Shown here: one piece after another, positions 45,901 through 58,136 of the stretch
Layout of the letters: every line of letters begins with the position of its first letter
Position numbering within the stretch: the first letter of the stretch is position 1
Assembly (NCBI GenBank): GCA_002269645.1
Contig: NIVC01001196.1
Coordinates: forward strand, 1-64,000
Reading direction: 5' to 3'
Source: Macrostomum lignano
Lineage: Eukaryota
Length of the DNA: 64,000 nucleotides
Notes under the pieces: model-generated
What the model saw: only the letters and a program-made list of their open reading frames with translations
The model's database searches: none
What the model was told of the DNA's origin: nothing
Made by a program: the position numbers and the translations under genes

Positions 45901-47438
45901 AGACGAACTAAGCGTTCACGCAGGCCTTCTGCTCCGGGGAAACAGAATCGTGATCCCGGCAGAGCTTCAGCAGCTTACGATCGGTTTAGCGCACCAGGGC
46001 CACCTCGGACAGAAGAAGACGTGCGACCGACGACCGTCTGGTGGCCCGGCATGTCCAAGCAGGTCGAGGCGGTCGTCACTAACTGCCTCCCGTGTCAAGC
46101 GGCCCGGACCGACGGCGCCGTGAAACACCCGCCGATGCAGCCGACGCCGCTTCCGTCGGGGGCCTGGAAATCGCTCAGCGTCGACGTGTGCGGACCATTC
46201 CCAACGGGCGAGAACGTAGTTGTCTTGGTGGACTACTTCAGCCGCTACCCGGACCTCTACGTGGTGCGCAGCCTCACCAGCGCCAGCGTCATCAACTGCG
46301 TCATTGCCTCATTCAGCCGCTTCGGTGTGCCGCAGCAGATCACTACGGACAACGCCACCTACTTCACGAGCGAAGAATTCAACGTGTTTCTGGACGGCCT
46401 CGGGTTCGACAGCGCAGGGTCACCCCACTCTACCCGGCGGCGAACGGCGAGGTGGAGCGCTTCAACCGCAGCCTCAACAAGGCCATCAACGCCGCCACGG
46501 CCGAAGGCAACGACTGGCGGCGGGCGATCCACGAGTGGCTGCTCGGATACCGCAACTCTGTGCACCGAGGCACCGACCGCACGCCCAACGACCTCATGTT
46601 CAACCGAGAGACCGGCGACATCCTGCCATCTGGCCTGACAAAGCAAACCGGCAGCTCTGGACGGCAGCTGCAGCTCCACGACCGCTGCTACAAGCAGGCG
46701 ATGCGCAAGGCGGCCGACACGCGGCGTTCGGCTGCGCCACACGGCATCCTGGCAGGCGCCCGCGTGCTGCTCAGAAACCGCGGCAAGGCCAAGCTGCGCT
46801 GTCCGTTCGACCCGCGGCCTTGGCTTGTCAAGGCAGTCAGCGGCGGCGCCCTGACTCTGCAACGCGGCACGGCAGTCATTCGGCGGCATGTGACCGAGAC
46901 GAAGCCGCTTTGTGAGTGCCCCTGGGACCTTGACGAGCTGGACGGCGATCAGCGGCCGGGGGCGCCTGTGACAGAGGCAAATTCGGCCAACGACGGTCCG
47001 ATTGCGCAGAGGCCTCATCCCAGGACAGCAAAGCAGCCCGTCTGCTACAAGCAGTGACTTGATTCGAACTGAGCCGGAACGCTGTCAAAGATCGGCATGC
47101 TTTAATTGTTTAAGTATTTAATCGTTCGAAATCAAAAAAAATTGAGACTGTTTTACTAATTAATTTTTTTAATCCTTCACGTTGTTTCTTGTCCAATTGT
47201 CGCAATGAAATTTTAAACCCTCTCGTATTGGACTTTTCTTTTGCTTTGGGGGAGAGATGTGGTGCGCAGCCTATGCGTGTACAATGCCCTTTCTCTTGCT
47301 CTCTAGCCAACGTGCTCAGTACCCCAATGTATTGCGTAACTCATAGCTGCACGTCGGCAGCTGCGTGAATATATATCGCAAATATACGGCTCTTAGAGGC
47401 CAAGATTCTTACCCGCCAAGCGGACTACGAGCACTACA
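42933..47438 (+). mobile_element. Gypsy/Ty3 LTR retrotransposon (Mag-type), full length
   Basis: 181-bp LTRs TG...CA (42933-43113, 47258-47438; 1 mismatch), 5-bp TSD GGAAG, PBS-like TGGCGTCGCAG, PPT GGGGGAGAGA. Confidence 0.97.
43114..47057 (+). pseudogene. Gypsy gag-pol (double CCHC, protease, RT, RNase H, integrase) with three frameshifts (~43320, ~46030, ~46405)
   Basis: CIRCGVPGHRTC / CERCGKRNHLVRAC, LVDSGAD, WIHDD, VVDASPVG...TDHKPL, HQGHLG...CLPC, VDVCGP / TDNAT / EVERFN. Confidence 0.93.
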
Positions 47439-48515
47439 GGAAGTGTGACGAAATAAACTGTAACAGTGAAAAATAAACAGCGAGTTTATAATGGTAGACG
47501 TAGGCACACATGCTCTCAATCATAGCATTGTTAAGGGACCTCCGCTTGGCACCTCCGCGAGGCAGAGGCTCTATACGACCGGTTGCGTTGAATAGTCCAA
47601 CTATGTAAGTCACGGTTCTTCGTGAGATGCCCAACAGCCTACCGAAATCTTGCCAGTCCTCTCCACCCTGATATGCTTGAATCAATCGCTGCCGGTCCTT
47701 CGCTGAAATCCTGTTATAAGGTCCACGCTGGGCCATTCTTTGATCTTGCTATGTATGTCTGTGGTGTTTTCTTTGCTATGGGCAAACTAGGTCGCAGTTT
47801 TGGCAAAATTGATTGCAGTTTTCAAAGAGTTGTCTGTGGCTGAAACTCTGGTCTTGACTGAGCAGACTTAAGTAGCATAGACAGCAAAATTATAAGTGAT
47901 ATTTTTCCGCGGGCAAAATTGATTGCAGTTTTGGCAAACTAGATCGCAAAAAGGTATGTACCGTAACTGCATGCAGTAGCTTTTAAAGGAATTTTATTAA
48001 AATGGAGGCTAAAATCAAAATAAATTACTAAAAAGAATAGATTTTTATCACAAAACACGATACAATTTTTTATTTTTGGAAAATTATCCGAGTGCTCAAT
48101 ATCGCAGATAGAAACTCTGCATTTGTTAATCATATATTGGATGATTTCCTAAAAATTAAATATAAGTTTTCGCAGGAGGACTCTACCAATCCACCAACCT
48201 GCCTTGGTGGATTTTTGTGCACAAGCCCAAAATGATTGCGCCCACACACGCGGAATCGAACCAGGGGTCGTGGCGCTGAGCTCTTCTGTGCCCCCCCCCG
48301 TTACCGCTCGACGACTTCTCATCTTCTGAAAAATATTTTCCAAAACACTCGATTTATGGTTCTACAGAGTTATGAATAAATGCAGCTAAACCCGTGTCGG
48401 AAGATTCAAGACTTTACGTTGCATTACAACAAATGTTTTTTGTTTAAATTGGATACATGCACCATTAGTAATGAAGTGCAAGGTTTGTTCCATTCAGCAG
48501 GGCGTTAGGGGTTGC

Positions 48516-49105
48516 CATTTCCTTTGATGAGTGGTCATTTCATTTGAGTGGTTGTCATTTTATTTGAGTGTTTGTCATTTCATTTGAGGGGTTGTCATTT
48601 CATTTGAGTGTTTGTCATTTCATTTGAGTGGTTGTCATTTCATTTGATGAGTGGTCATTTCATTTGAGTGGTTGTCATTTTATTTGAGTGTTTGTCATTT
48701 CATTTGAGGGGTTGTCATTTCATTTGAGTGTTTGTCATTTCATTTGAGTGGTTGTCATTTCATTTGAGGGGTTGTCATTTCATTTGAGGGGTTGTCATTT
48801 CATTTGAGGGGTTGTCATTTCATTTGAGGGGTTGACATTTAATTTGAGGGGTTGTCAATTCATTTGAGTAGTTGTCATTTCATTTGAGTGGTTGTCATTT
48901 CATTTGAGTGGTTGTCATTTCATTTGAGGGGTTGTCATTTCATTTGAGTGGTTGTAATTTCATTTGAGGAGTTGTCATTTCATTTGAGTGGTTGTCATTT
49001 CATTTGAGTGGTTGTCATTTCATTTGAGTAGTTGTCATTTAATTTGAGTGGTTGTCATTTCATTTGAGGGGTTGTCATTTCATTTGAGTGGTTGTCATTT
49101 CATTA
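48516..49105. repeat. Minisatellite, 20-bp unit CATTTCATTTGAGTGGTTGT
   Basis: About 29 tandem copies. Confidence 0.95.
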
Positions 49106-49111
49106 TCTATC

Positions 49112-52100
49112 AGTGGGCGCCCCTGTCTTTTAGGTGGGCGCCCCTGTCTCTTAGGTGGGCGCCCCTGTCTCTTAGGTGGGCGCCCCTGCTGTCTCTTAGG
49201 TGGGCGTCCCTCTCTTTTAGGTGGGCGCCCCCGCTGTCTCTTAGGTGGGCGCCCCCGCTGTCTCTTAGGTGGGCGCCCCTGTCTCTTAGGTGGGCGCCCC
49301 TGTCTCTTAGGTGGGCGCCTCTGTCTCTTAGGTGGGCGCCCCTGTCTCTAAGGTGGGCGCCCCTGTCTCTTAGGTGGGCGCCCCTGTCTCTTAGGTGGGC
49401 GCCCCCGTTGTCTCTTAGGTGGGCGCCCCTGTCTCTTGGGTGGGCGCCCCCGTCTCTTGAATGGGCGCCTGTCTCTTAGGTAGGCGCCCCTGCTGTCTCT
49501 TAGGTGGGCGCCCCTGTCTCTTAGGTGGGCGCCCCTGTCTCTTAGGTGGCGCCCCTGTCTCTTAGGTGGGCGCCCCTGTCTCTTAGATGGCCGCCCCCGC
49601 TGTCTCTTAGGTGGGCGCCCCCGCTGTCTCTTAGGTGGGCGCCACTGTCTCTTAGGTGGGCGCCTCTGTCTCTTAGGTGGGCGCCCCTGCTGTCTCTTAG
49701 GTGGGCGTCCCTCTCTTTTAGGTGGGCGCCCCCGCTGTCTCTTAGGTGGGCGCCCCTGTCTCTTAGGTGGGCGCCCCTGTCTCTTAGGTGGCGCCCCTGT
49801 CTCTTAGGTGGGCGCCCCTGTCTCTTAGGTGGGCGCCCCCGTTGTCTCTTAGGTGGGCGCCCCTGTCTCTTGGGTGGGCGCCCCCGTCTCTTGGATGGGC
49901 GCCTCTGTCTCTTAGGTGGGCGCCCCTGCTGTCTCTTAGGTGGGCGCCCCTGTCTCTAAGGTGGGCGCCCCTGTCTCTTAGGTGGGCGCCCCTGCTGTCT
50001 CTTAGGTGGGCGCCCCTGTCTCTTAGGTGGGCGCCCCTGTCTCTTAGGTGGGCGCCCCTGTCTCTTAGGTGGGCGCCCCGTCTCTTGGATGGGCGCCTCT
50101 GTCTCTTAGGTGGGCGCCCCTGCTGTCTCTTAGGTGGGCGCCCCTGTCTCTAAGGTGGGCGCCCCTGTCTCTTAGGTGGGCGCCCCTGCTGTCTCTTAGG
50201 TGGGCGCCCCTGTCTCTTAGGTGGGCGCCCCTGTCTCTTAGGTGGCGCCCCTGTCTCTTAGGTGGGCGCCCCTGTCTCTTAGGTGGCGCCCCTGTCTCTT
50301 AGGTGGGCGCCCCTGTCTCTTAGGTGGGCGCCCCTGTCTCTTAGGTGGGCGCCCCGCTGTCTCTTAGATGGCCGCCCCCGCTGTCTCTTAGGTGGGCGCC
50401 CCCGCTGTCTCTTAGGTGGGCGCCACTGTCTCTTAGGTGGGCGCCTCTGTCTCTTAGGTGGGCGCCTCTGTCTCTTAGGTGGGCGCCCCTGCTGTCTCTT
50501 AGGTGGGCGTCCCTCTCTTTTAGGTGGGCGCCCCCGCTGTCTCTTAGGTGGGCGCCCCTGTCTCTTAGATGGCCGCCCCGCTGTCTCTTAGGTGGGCGCC
50601 CCCGCTGTCTCTTAGGTGGGCGCCACTGTCTCTTAGGTGGGCGCCTCTGTCTCTTAGGTGGGCGCCTCTGTCTCTTAGGTGGGCGCCCCTGCTGTCTCTT
50701 AGGTGGGCGTCCCTCTCTTTTAGGTGGGCGCCCCCGCTGTCTCTTAGGTGGGCGCCCCTGTCTCTTAGGTGGGCGCCTCTGTCTCTTAGGTGGGCGCCCC
50801 TGTCTCTAAGGTGGGCGCCCCTGTCTCTTAGGTGGGCGCCCCTGTCTCTTAGGTGGGCGCCCCCGTTGTCTCTTAGGTGGGCGCCCCTGTCTCTTGGGTG
50901 GGCGCCCCCGTCTCTTGAATGGGCGCCTGTCTCTTAGGTGGGCGCCCCTGCTGTCTCTTAGGTGGGCGCCCCTGTCTCTTAGGTGGGCGCCCCTGTCTCT
51001 TAGGTGGCGCCCCTGTCTCTTAGGTGGGCGCCCCTGTCTCTTAGATGGCCGCCCCCGCTGTCTCTTAGGTGGGCGCCCCCGCTGTCTCTTAGGTGGGCGC
51101 CACTGTCTCTTAGGTGGGCGCCTCTGTCTCTTAGGTGGGCGCCTCTGTCTCTTAGGTGGGCGCCCCTGCTGTCTCTTAGGTGGGCGTCCCTCTCTTTTAG
51201 GTGGGCGCCCCCGCTGTCTCTTAGGTGGGCGCCCCTGTCTCTTAGGTGGGCGCCCCTGTCTCTTAGGTGGCGCCCCTGTCTTTTAGGTGGGCGCCCCTGT
51301 CTCTTAGGTGGGCGCCCCCGTTGTCTCTTAGGTGGGCGCCCCTGTCTCTTGGGTGGGCGCCCCCGTCTCTTGGATGGGCGCCTCTGTCTCTTAGGTGGGC
51401 GCCCCTGCTGTCTCTTAGGTGGGCGCCCCTGCTGTCTCTTAGGTGGGCGTCCCTCTCTTTTAGGTGGGCGCCCCCGCTGTCTCTTAGGTGGGCGCCCCTG
51501 TCTCTTAGGTGGGCGCCCCTGTCTCTTAGGTGGCGCCCCTGTCTTTTAGGTGGGCGCCCCTGTCTCTTAGGTGGGCGCCCCCGTTGTCTCTTAGGTGGGC
51601 GCCCCTGTCTCTTGGGTGGGCGCCCCCGTCTCTTGGATGGGCGCCTCTGTCTCTTAGGTGGGCGCCCCTGCTGTCTCTTAGGTGGGCGCCCCTGTCTCTA
51701 AGGTGGGCGCCCCTGTCTCTTAGGTGGGCGCCCCTGCTGTCTCTTAGGTGGGCGCCCTGTCTCTTAGGTGGGCGCCCCTGTCTCTTAGGTGGGCGCCCCT
51801 GTCTCTTAGGTGGGCGCCCCCGTCTCTTGGATGGGCGCCTCTGTCTCTTAGGTGGGCGCCCCTGCTGTCTCTTAGGTGGGCGCCCCTGTCTCTTAGGTGG
51901 GCGCCCCTGTCTCTTAGGTGGGCGCCCCTGTCTCTTGGGTGGGCGCCCCCGTCTCTTGGATGGGCGCCTCTGTCTCTTAGGTGGGCGCCCCTGCTGTCTC
52001 TTAGGTGGGCTCTTAGGTGGGCGCCCCTGTCTCTTAGGTGGGCGCCCCTGTCTCTTGGGTGGGCGCCCCCGTCTCTTGGATGGGCGCCTCTGTCTCTTAG

Positions 52101-55100
52101 GTGGGCGCCCCTGCTGTCTCTTAGGTGGGCGCCCCTGTCTCTAAGGTGGGCGCCCCTGTCTCTTAGGTGGGCGCCCCTGCTGTCTCTTAGGTGGGCGCCC
52201 CTGTCTCTTAGGTGGGCGCCCCTGTCTCTTAGGTGGGCGCCCCTGTCTCTTAGGTGGGCGCCCCTGTCTCTTAGGTGGCGCCCCTGTCTCTTAGGTGGGC
52301 GCCCCTGTCTTTTAGGTGGGCGCCCCTGCTGTCTCTTAGGTGGGCGCCCCTGTCTCTTAGGTGGGCGCCCCTGTCTCTTAGGTGGCGCCCCTGTCTCTTA
52401 GGTGGGCGCCCCTGTCTCTTAGGTGGGCGCCCCTGTCTCTTAGGTGGCGCCCCTGTCTCTTAGGTGGGCGCCCCTGTCTCTTAGGTGGGCGCCCCTGTCT
52501 CTTAGGTGGGCGCCCCCGCTGTCTCTTAGATGGCCGCCCCCGCTGTCTCTTAGGTGGGCGCCCCCGCTGTCTCTTAGGTGGGCGCCACTGTCTCTTAGGT
52601 GGGCGCCTCTGTCTCTTAGGTGGGCGCCTCTGTCTCTTAGGTGGGCGCCCCTGCTGTCTCTTAGGTGGGCGTCCCTCTCTTTTAGGTGGGCGCCCCCGCT
52701 GTCTCTTAGGTGGGCGCCCCTGTCTCTTAGATGGCCGCCCCCGCTGTCTCTTAGGTGGGCGCCCCCGCTGTCTCTTAGGTGGGCGCCACTGTCTCTTAGG
52801 TGGGCGCCTCTGTCTCTTAGGTGGGCGCCTCTGTCTCTTAGGTGGGCGCCCCTGCTGTCTCTTAGGTGGGCGTCCCTCTCTTTTAGGTGGGCGCCCCCGC
52901 TGTCTCTTAGGTGGGCGCCCCTGTCTCTTAGGTGGGCGCCTCTGTCTCTTAGGTGGGCGCCCCTGTCTCTAAGGTGGGCGCCCCTGTCTCTTAGGTGGGC
53001 GCCCCTGTCTCTTAGGTGGGCGCCCCCGTTGTCTCTTAGGTGGGCGCCCCTGTCTCTTGGGTGGGCGCCCCCGTCTCTTGAATGGGCGCCTGTCTCTTAG
53101 GTGGGCGCCCCTGTCTCTTAGGTGGGCGCCCCTGTCTCTTAGGTGGCGCCCCTGTCTCTTAGGTGGGCGCCCCTGTCTCTTAGATGGCCGCCCCCGCTGT
53201 CTCTTAGGTGGGCGCCCCCGCTGTCTCTTAGGTGGGCGCCACTGTCTCTTAGGTGGGCGCCTCTGTCTCTTAGGTGGGCGCCTCTGTCTCTTAGGTGGGC
53301 GCCCCTGCTGTCTCTTAGGTGGGCGTCCCTGTCTCTTAGGTGGGCGCCCCTGTCTCTTAGGTGGCGCCCCTGTCTCTTAGGTGGGCGCCCCTGTCTCTTA
53401 GGTGGGCGCCCCCGTTGTCTCTTAGGTGGGCGCCCCCGCTGTCTCTTAGATGGCCGCCCCCGCTGTCTCTTAGGTGGGCGCCCCCGCTGTCTCTTAGGTG
53501 GGCGCCACTGTCTCTTAGGTGGGCGCCTCTGTCTCTTAGGTGGGCGCCTCTGTCTCTTAGGTGGGCGCCCCTGCTGTCTCTTAGGTGGGCGTCCCTCTCT
53601 TTTAGGTGGGCGCCCCCGCTGTCTCTTAGGTGGGCGCCCCTGTCTCTTAGGTGGGCGCCCCTGTCTCTTAGGTGGCGCCCCTGTCTCTTAGGTGGGCGCC
53701 CCTGTCTCTTAGGTGGGCGCCCCCGTTGTCTCTTAGGTGGGCGCCCCTGTCTCTTGGGTGGGCGCCCCCGTCTCTTGGATGGGCGCCTCTGTCTCTTAGG
53801 TGGGCGCCCCTGCTGTCTCTTAGGTGGGCGCCCCTGTCTCTAAGGTGGGCGCCCCTGTCTCTTAGGTGGGCGCCCCTGCTGTCTCTTAGGTGGGCGCCCC
53901 TGTCTCTTAGGTGGGCGCCCCTGTCTCTTAGGTGGGCGCCCCTGTCTCTTAGGTGGGCGCCCCCGTCTCTTGGATGGGCGCCTCTGTCTCTTAGGTGGGC
54001 GCCCCTGCTGTCTCTTAGGTGGGCGCCCCTGTCTCTAAGGTGGGCGCCCCTGTCTCTTAGGTGGGCGCCCCTGCTGTCTCTTAGGTGGGCGCCCCTGTCT
54101 CTTAGGTGGGCGCCCCTGTCTCTTAGGTGGGCGCCCCTGTCTCTTAGGTGGGCGTCCCTCTCTTTTAGGTGGGCGCCCCTGCTGTCTCTTAGGAGGGCGC
54201 CCCTGTCTCTTAGGTGGGCGCCCCTGTCTCTTAGGTGGCGCCCCTGTCTCTTAGGTGGGCGCCCCTGTCTCTTAGGTGGGCGCCCCTGTCTCTTAGGTGG
54301 GCGCCCCCGCTGTCTCTTAGATGGCCGCCCCCGCTGTCTCTTAGGTGGGCGCCCCCGCTGTCTCTTAGGTGGGCGCCACTGTCTCTTAGGTGGGCGCCTC
54401 TGTCTCTTAGGTGGGCGCCTCTGTCTCTTAGGTGGGCGCCCCTGCTGTCTCTTAGGTGGGCGTCCCTCTCTTTTAGGTGGGCGCCCCCGCTGTCTCTTAG
54501 GTGGGCGCCCCTGTCTTTTAGGTGGGCGCCCCTGTCTCTTAGGTGGCGCCCCTGTCTCTTAGGTGGGCGCCCCTGTCTCTTAGGTGGGCGCCCCCGTTGT
54601 CTCTTAGGTGGGCGCCCCTGTCTCTTGGGTGGGCGCCCCCGTCTCTTGGATGGGCGCCTCTGTCTCTTAGGTGGGCGCCCCTGCTGTCTCTTAGGTGGGC
54701 GCCCCTGTCTCTAAGGTGGGCGCCCCTGTCTCTTAGGTGGGCGCCCCTGCTGTCTCTTAGGTGGGCGCCCCTGTCTCTTAGGTGGGCGCCCCTGTCTCTT
54801 AGGTGGGCGCCCCTGTCTCTTAGGTGGCGCCCCTGTCTCTTAGGTGGGCGCCCCTGTCTCTTAGGTGGGCGCCCCCGTTGTCTCTTAGGTGGGCGCCCCT
54901 GTCTCTTGGGTGGGCGCCCCCGTCTCTTGGATGGGCGCCTCTGTCTCTTAGGTGGGCGCCCCTGCTGTCTCTTAGGTGGGCGCCCCTGTCTCTAAGGTGG
55001 GCGCCCCTGTCTCTTAGGTGGGCGCCCCTGCTGTCTCTTAGGTGGGCGCCCCTGTCTCTTAGGTGGGCGCCCCTGTCTCTTAGGTGGGCGCCCCTGTCTC

Positions 55101-55192
55101 TTAGGTGGGCGCCCCTGTCTCTTAGGTGGGCGTCCCTCTCTTTTAGGTGGGCGCCCCTGCTGTCTTTTAGGTGGGCGCCCCTGTCTCTTAAG
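49112..55192. repeat. 6-kb GC-rich minisatellite, 21-24-bp unit GGTGGGCGCCCCTGTCTCTTA with recurring variant cassettes
   Basis: Directly visible; the WAPLSLR ORFs are artefacts. Confidence 0.97.
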
Positions 55193-56706
55193 GGCTTTCG
55201 TCGGGTTTGGCTGCCTCTTTTGTTAACTTTTGGAGGAGCGCAACGTTTTCTGGGAGCGGTATTTTTGTCGGGTGATCGCGGGGCCAGTGGCCCCCCCTGG
55301 CCCTTTGCATACGCCACAATAGGAGTGGCAACCCTTAAAATACAGTACAGGTGGATTAGACTAATTTTTTGCCAAAAGCATTGCATCAAGTAGGATTTTG
55401 CCCCAGAAAATTCTAAAAAGATTTCTTTTTTAGAAGCTGTAAGTTTGTTTGAATTTGCTTGCTTGCCAGTCTAGAGTAGTGCTTTTTCAAAGCCAAATTC
55501 GATAAGCTTGTGAAAGACCAAACGACCAAACGGCATGCTGGCCTTAAATGATCCTCGGAGATTGCCACAACAGGTTTTCATACTATTACATTGATCAAAT
55601 CACATCATACTGAAGTATTAACTCTTAGTGTGTTTTCCTACATTCCGAGTAGAATGAATACAGCAAATCAAGACACCACATTATCAATTAGTCCCTTTTC
55701 CGGCACAAAACATGGCAGTAAATTAATACAACTTTCTGCAGCCAACCGTGAAGCTCGGTGCATACGAGCTAATTAATTTAGCTTTTTGTTGCACGAGCTC
55801 GCAGAGTTCCTGCAAACCAAAGCTAGCTATCTATTCAATATAATGTATAAGCTAAATCGAACCTGGAATCGTCAAAAGCTACACTTGCATTCATTAAGTG
55901 CCCGATAACCTGGTTTTTGACGTTTAACTATTTAACATTTTCATTTGCAAATTCAGTTAACAAAGAAATATGCTGCTGCAAAAAGTTGTCAATGGATTTA
56001 TACAAATGCCATGACAGATTGAGGCGTTTCCTAATTATCAAAATTAGGCAACTCAGCATAGCGTACCATTAGTTTACAAAGTTCAGATTGCATGAGAATT
56101 AAAGACTGATTCGCAGCCCTCCTCCCAGACGTATCTGGTCCTGTCGCCGCTTCGAGAGGTCTGAAATCATTTGAGAATTGTATTTTACTCAGCAAATATT
56201 GTATAAATATAACCTCTCAAATATTCTCTTGGAGACTTTTTGGGATCAAATCAGTATTTTTAAAAAATCATTTAAAAGGCATATCGTTACGTATTCTATA
56301 TGATGTGAATATTATAACAAACTCTCTATTTCTTTTGGCCTGATGAATATGCGCAGACATTGTCAAGACATCACAACAAAAGTTTAAACTGAAATATGTT
56401 GATATTTCAGAATGCGCTAGTTTCTATTTCGCATAAATATTTCTCAATACAAGCTTCAAAATGGTCAGAAAACTACCATTTTTTTGAAATTTGCAAAGCG
56501 ATGCGGTAGAAGTGTTAAAAATTGGATGAAGCTGCGCAATTTTGTTCTCCATTTGTCTCTTTTTAGCCTAAAAGTCGGGCAAAATGACTGCATTGCAGCA
56601 TGTAAGCAATGCGGGAATTACCACACAGGAAATAACATTCTGGAACTCATTCTAGGCTCTTTCAGGCTTATAACAGCAAGTACAAGCAGTACAATAGATT
56701 TTTTAC

Positions 56707-57720
56707 CTTTTGGCGATTGCGATAACGAGCAGCAAAAACGATGGCAGCCGCCATGGCAGCAATTATCACCACGGCGATTGGGACTCCAACACTGACGGAT
56801 ATGAGTAGCACTACTCCCATCGTTTCATGCCAACCGGATGTAGTCAGGTCCGCAGAATATTTAATTGAATGTCAGTTAAAAGTGCAGTTAAATCTGCCTA
56901 ATATTATTCATGAACAAGTAATGATCTTTATCAACTCACTTGCAACGCCAGTGCTGACTACTTCGGTAGATTTTGTTTCGGTTGAAAAGTTCGGGCTTGT
57001 TCCGCCGTCAGATGGTAGCGTACTTGCTTCCGGTACCACCGCATGCTCGCAACGTAGCCCTGAATTTCGGAGATTTTTAACATTAACCTAAACCAATTTG
57101 ACTGAAATCATGCTAATTAATTGATTACCATAAAAGCCAGGTAAGCAAGAGCAGTTAAAATATGGGTCAGCGTAAGTCAGCGTGCAGTTGCCGTCATTCA
57201 GGCACACAGGCAGCTCAGTGATGCCCTTGTCAGGCTGCAGGGTGAAGCAGTAGTCTGCGGCGACACGGCAATATGGTGCAATGTAGGGCAGCGGACAGAG
57301 GCAGGGCGGGCTGTCTGTGAAGTTGTTGCAGGTGCCACCGTTGTAACAAACTGCGGAGCTGCATGTCGCCCGTTTCTGTCTTGAAAGTGCACTGAACTCG
57401 TCTGCAGCTACTGAGGAAGCTGAAATACAAAGTTCAGAGTAGGACTAGGGGTTAGATAGATGTTTTGCGCACAGCAATTGACATGTATACAATTATTGCG
57501 TGCATCTTAGCCAAGATATAGTGCCCTTCTACAACGTGCATTTCCCTTTATAAGTGTGTTTTTTCGACTTTCCTTTAGCACAGAACCTCCTACGAGGCCT
57601 TTGAAATCCTTTCAGGATACCAAAGTCACTGAGCTCTGTGTGTATGTCAGTAAAAAATATGCTCGTAATATACTTACCGACAATAAATAAGGATAGAATT
57701 AGAAGCTGATATGAGTACAT
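56707..57720 (-). CDS. EGF-TM paralog 7 (exons 57678-57720, 57129-57419, 56940-57059, 56707-56849; tail exon not resolved)
   Basis: Signal MYSYQLLILSLFIV; RQKR precedes the EGF; GLRCEH linker; TM VVLLISVSVGVPIAVVIIAAMAAAIVFAA then RYRNR; the acceptor before the TM exon reads GG instead of AG. Confidence 0.7.
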
Positions 57721-58136
57721 TGGTGAGTAAATTTAAAGTTAGTTCAATTACGAGTAGTTATTCGACTAACTGATTAACAGGAATTCAGTGCTGAAGAGCA
57801 CAGGAACCAGGCGTTCGTTAATGTATAAAGCATGTTATTTACGAGCGTATATTACGTCTACTTCATGAAAAATTTGATTGGCCCTTGGTCTGACTTCCTA
57901 ACATGCAAATTTGCACTTGAACGCTTGCAGTTACTCTGCGCTTGTGCACCCAGAAGTTGGCTTAGCTTACGAGCGTATTATAGCTAGTTGATCAAAATAG
58001 CCTTGCATAAGTTACGAGCTACTAAAGTTGCATACGGTCTCGCAGACAGTTTCTTAATTATTTATGCGCGTTGATGATTGCAAGCATTATGCTGATGCGA
58101 CTGTAAGGAAGTGGATAGAGTTTATGCTGGTACTTA

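Larger units (their letters stand above)
42719..47954 (-). mobile_element. Internally deleted Tc1/IS630-like DNA transposon (~730 bp without its insert) split by a Gypsy insertion
   Basis: ~175-bp TIRs (42719-42895 and 47775-47954), TA on both sides, HTH-like ORF start MAQRGPYNRIS...LGISRRTV...GRIEPLPRGG at 47736. Confidence 0.8.

Noticed and set aside
48236-48320. tRNA-like B-box (GGTTCGATTCC, minus strand)
   Set aside because: No cloverleaf could be folded; probably a decayed SINE, not a tRNA gene
49048-55393. WAPLSLR / GGRPCLL ORFs
   Set aside because: Minisatellite translation artefacts
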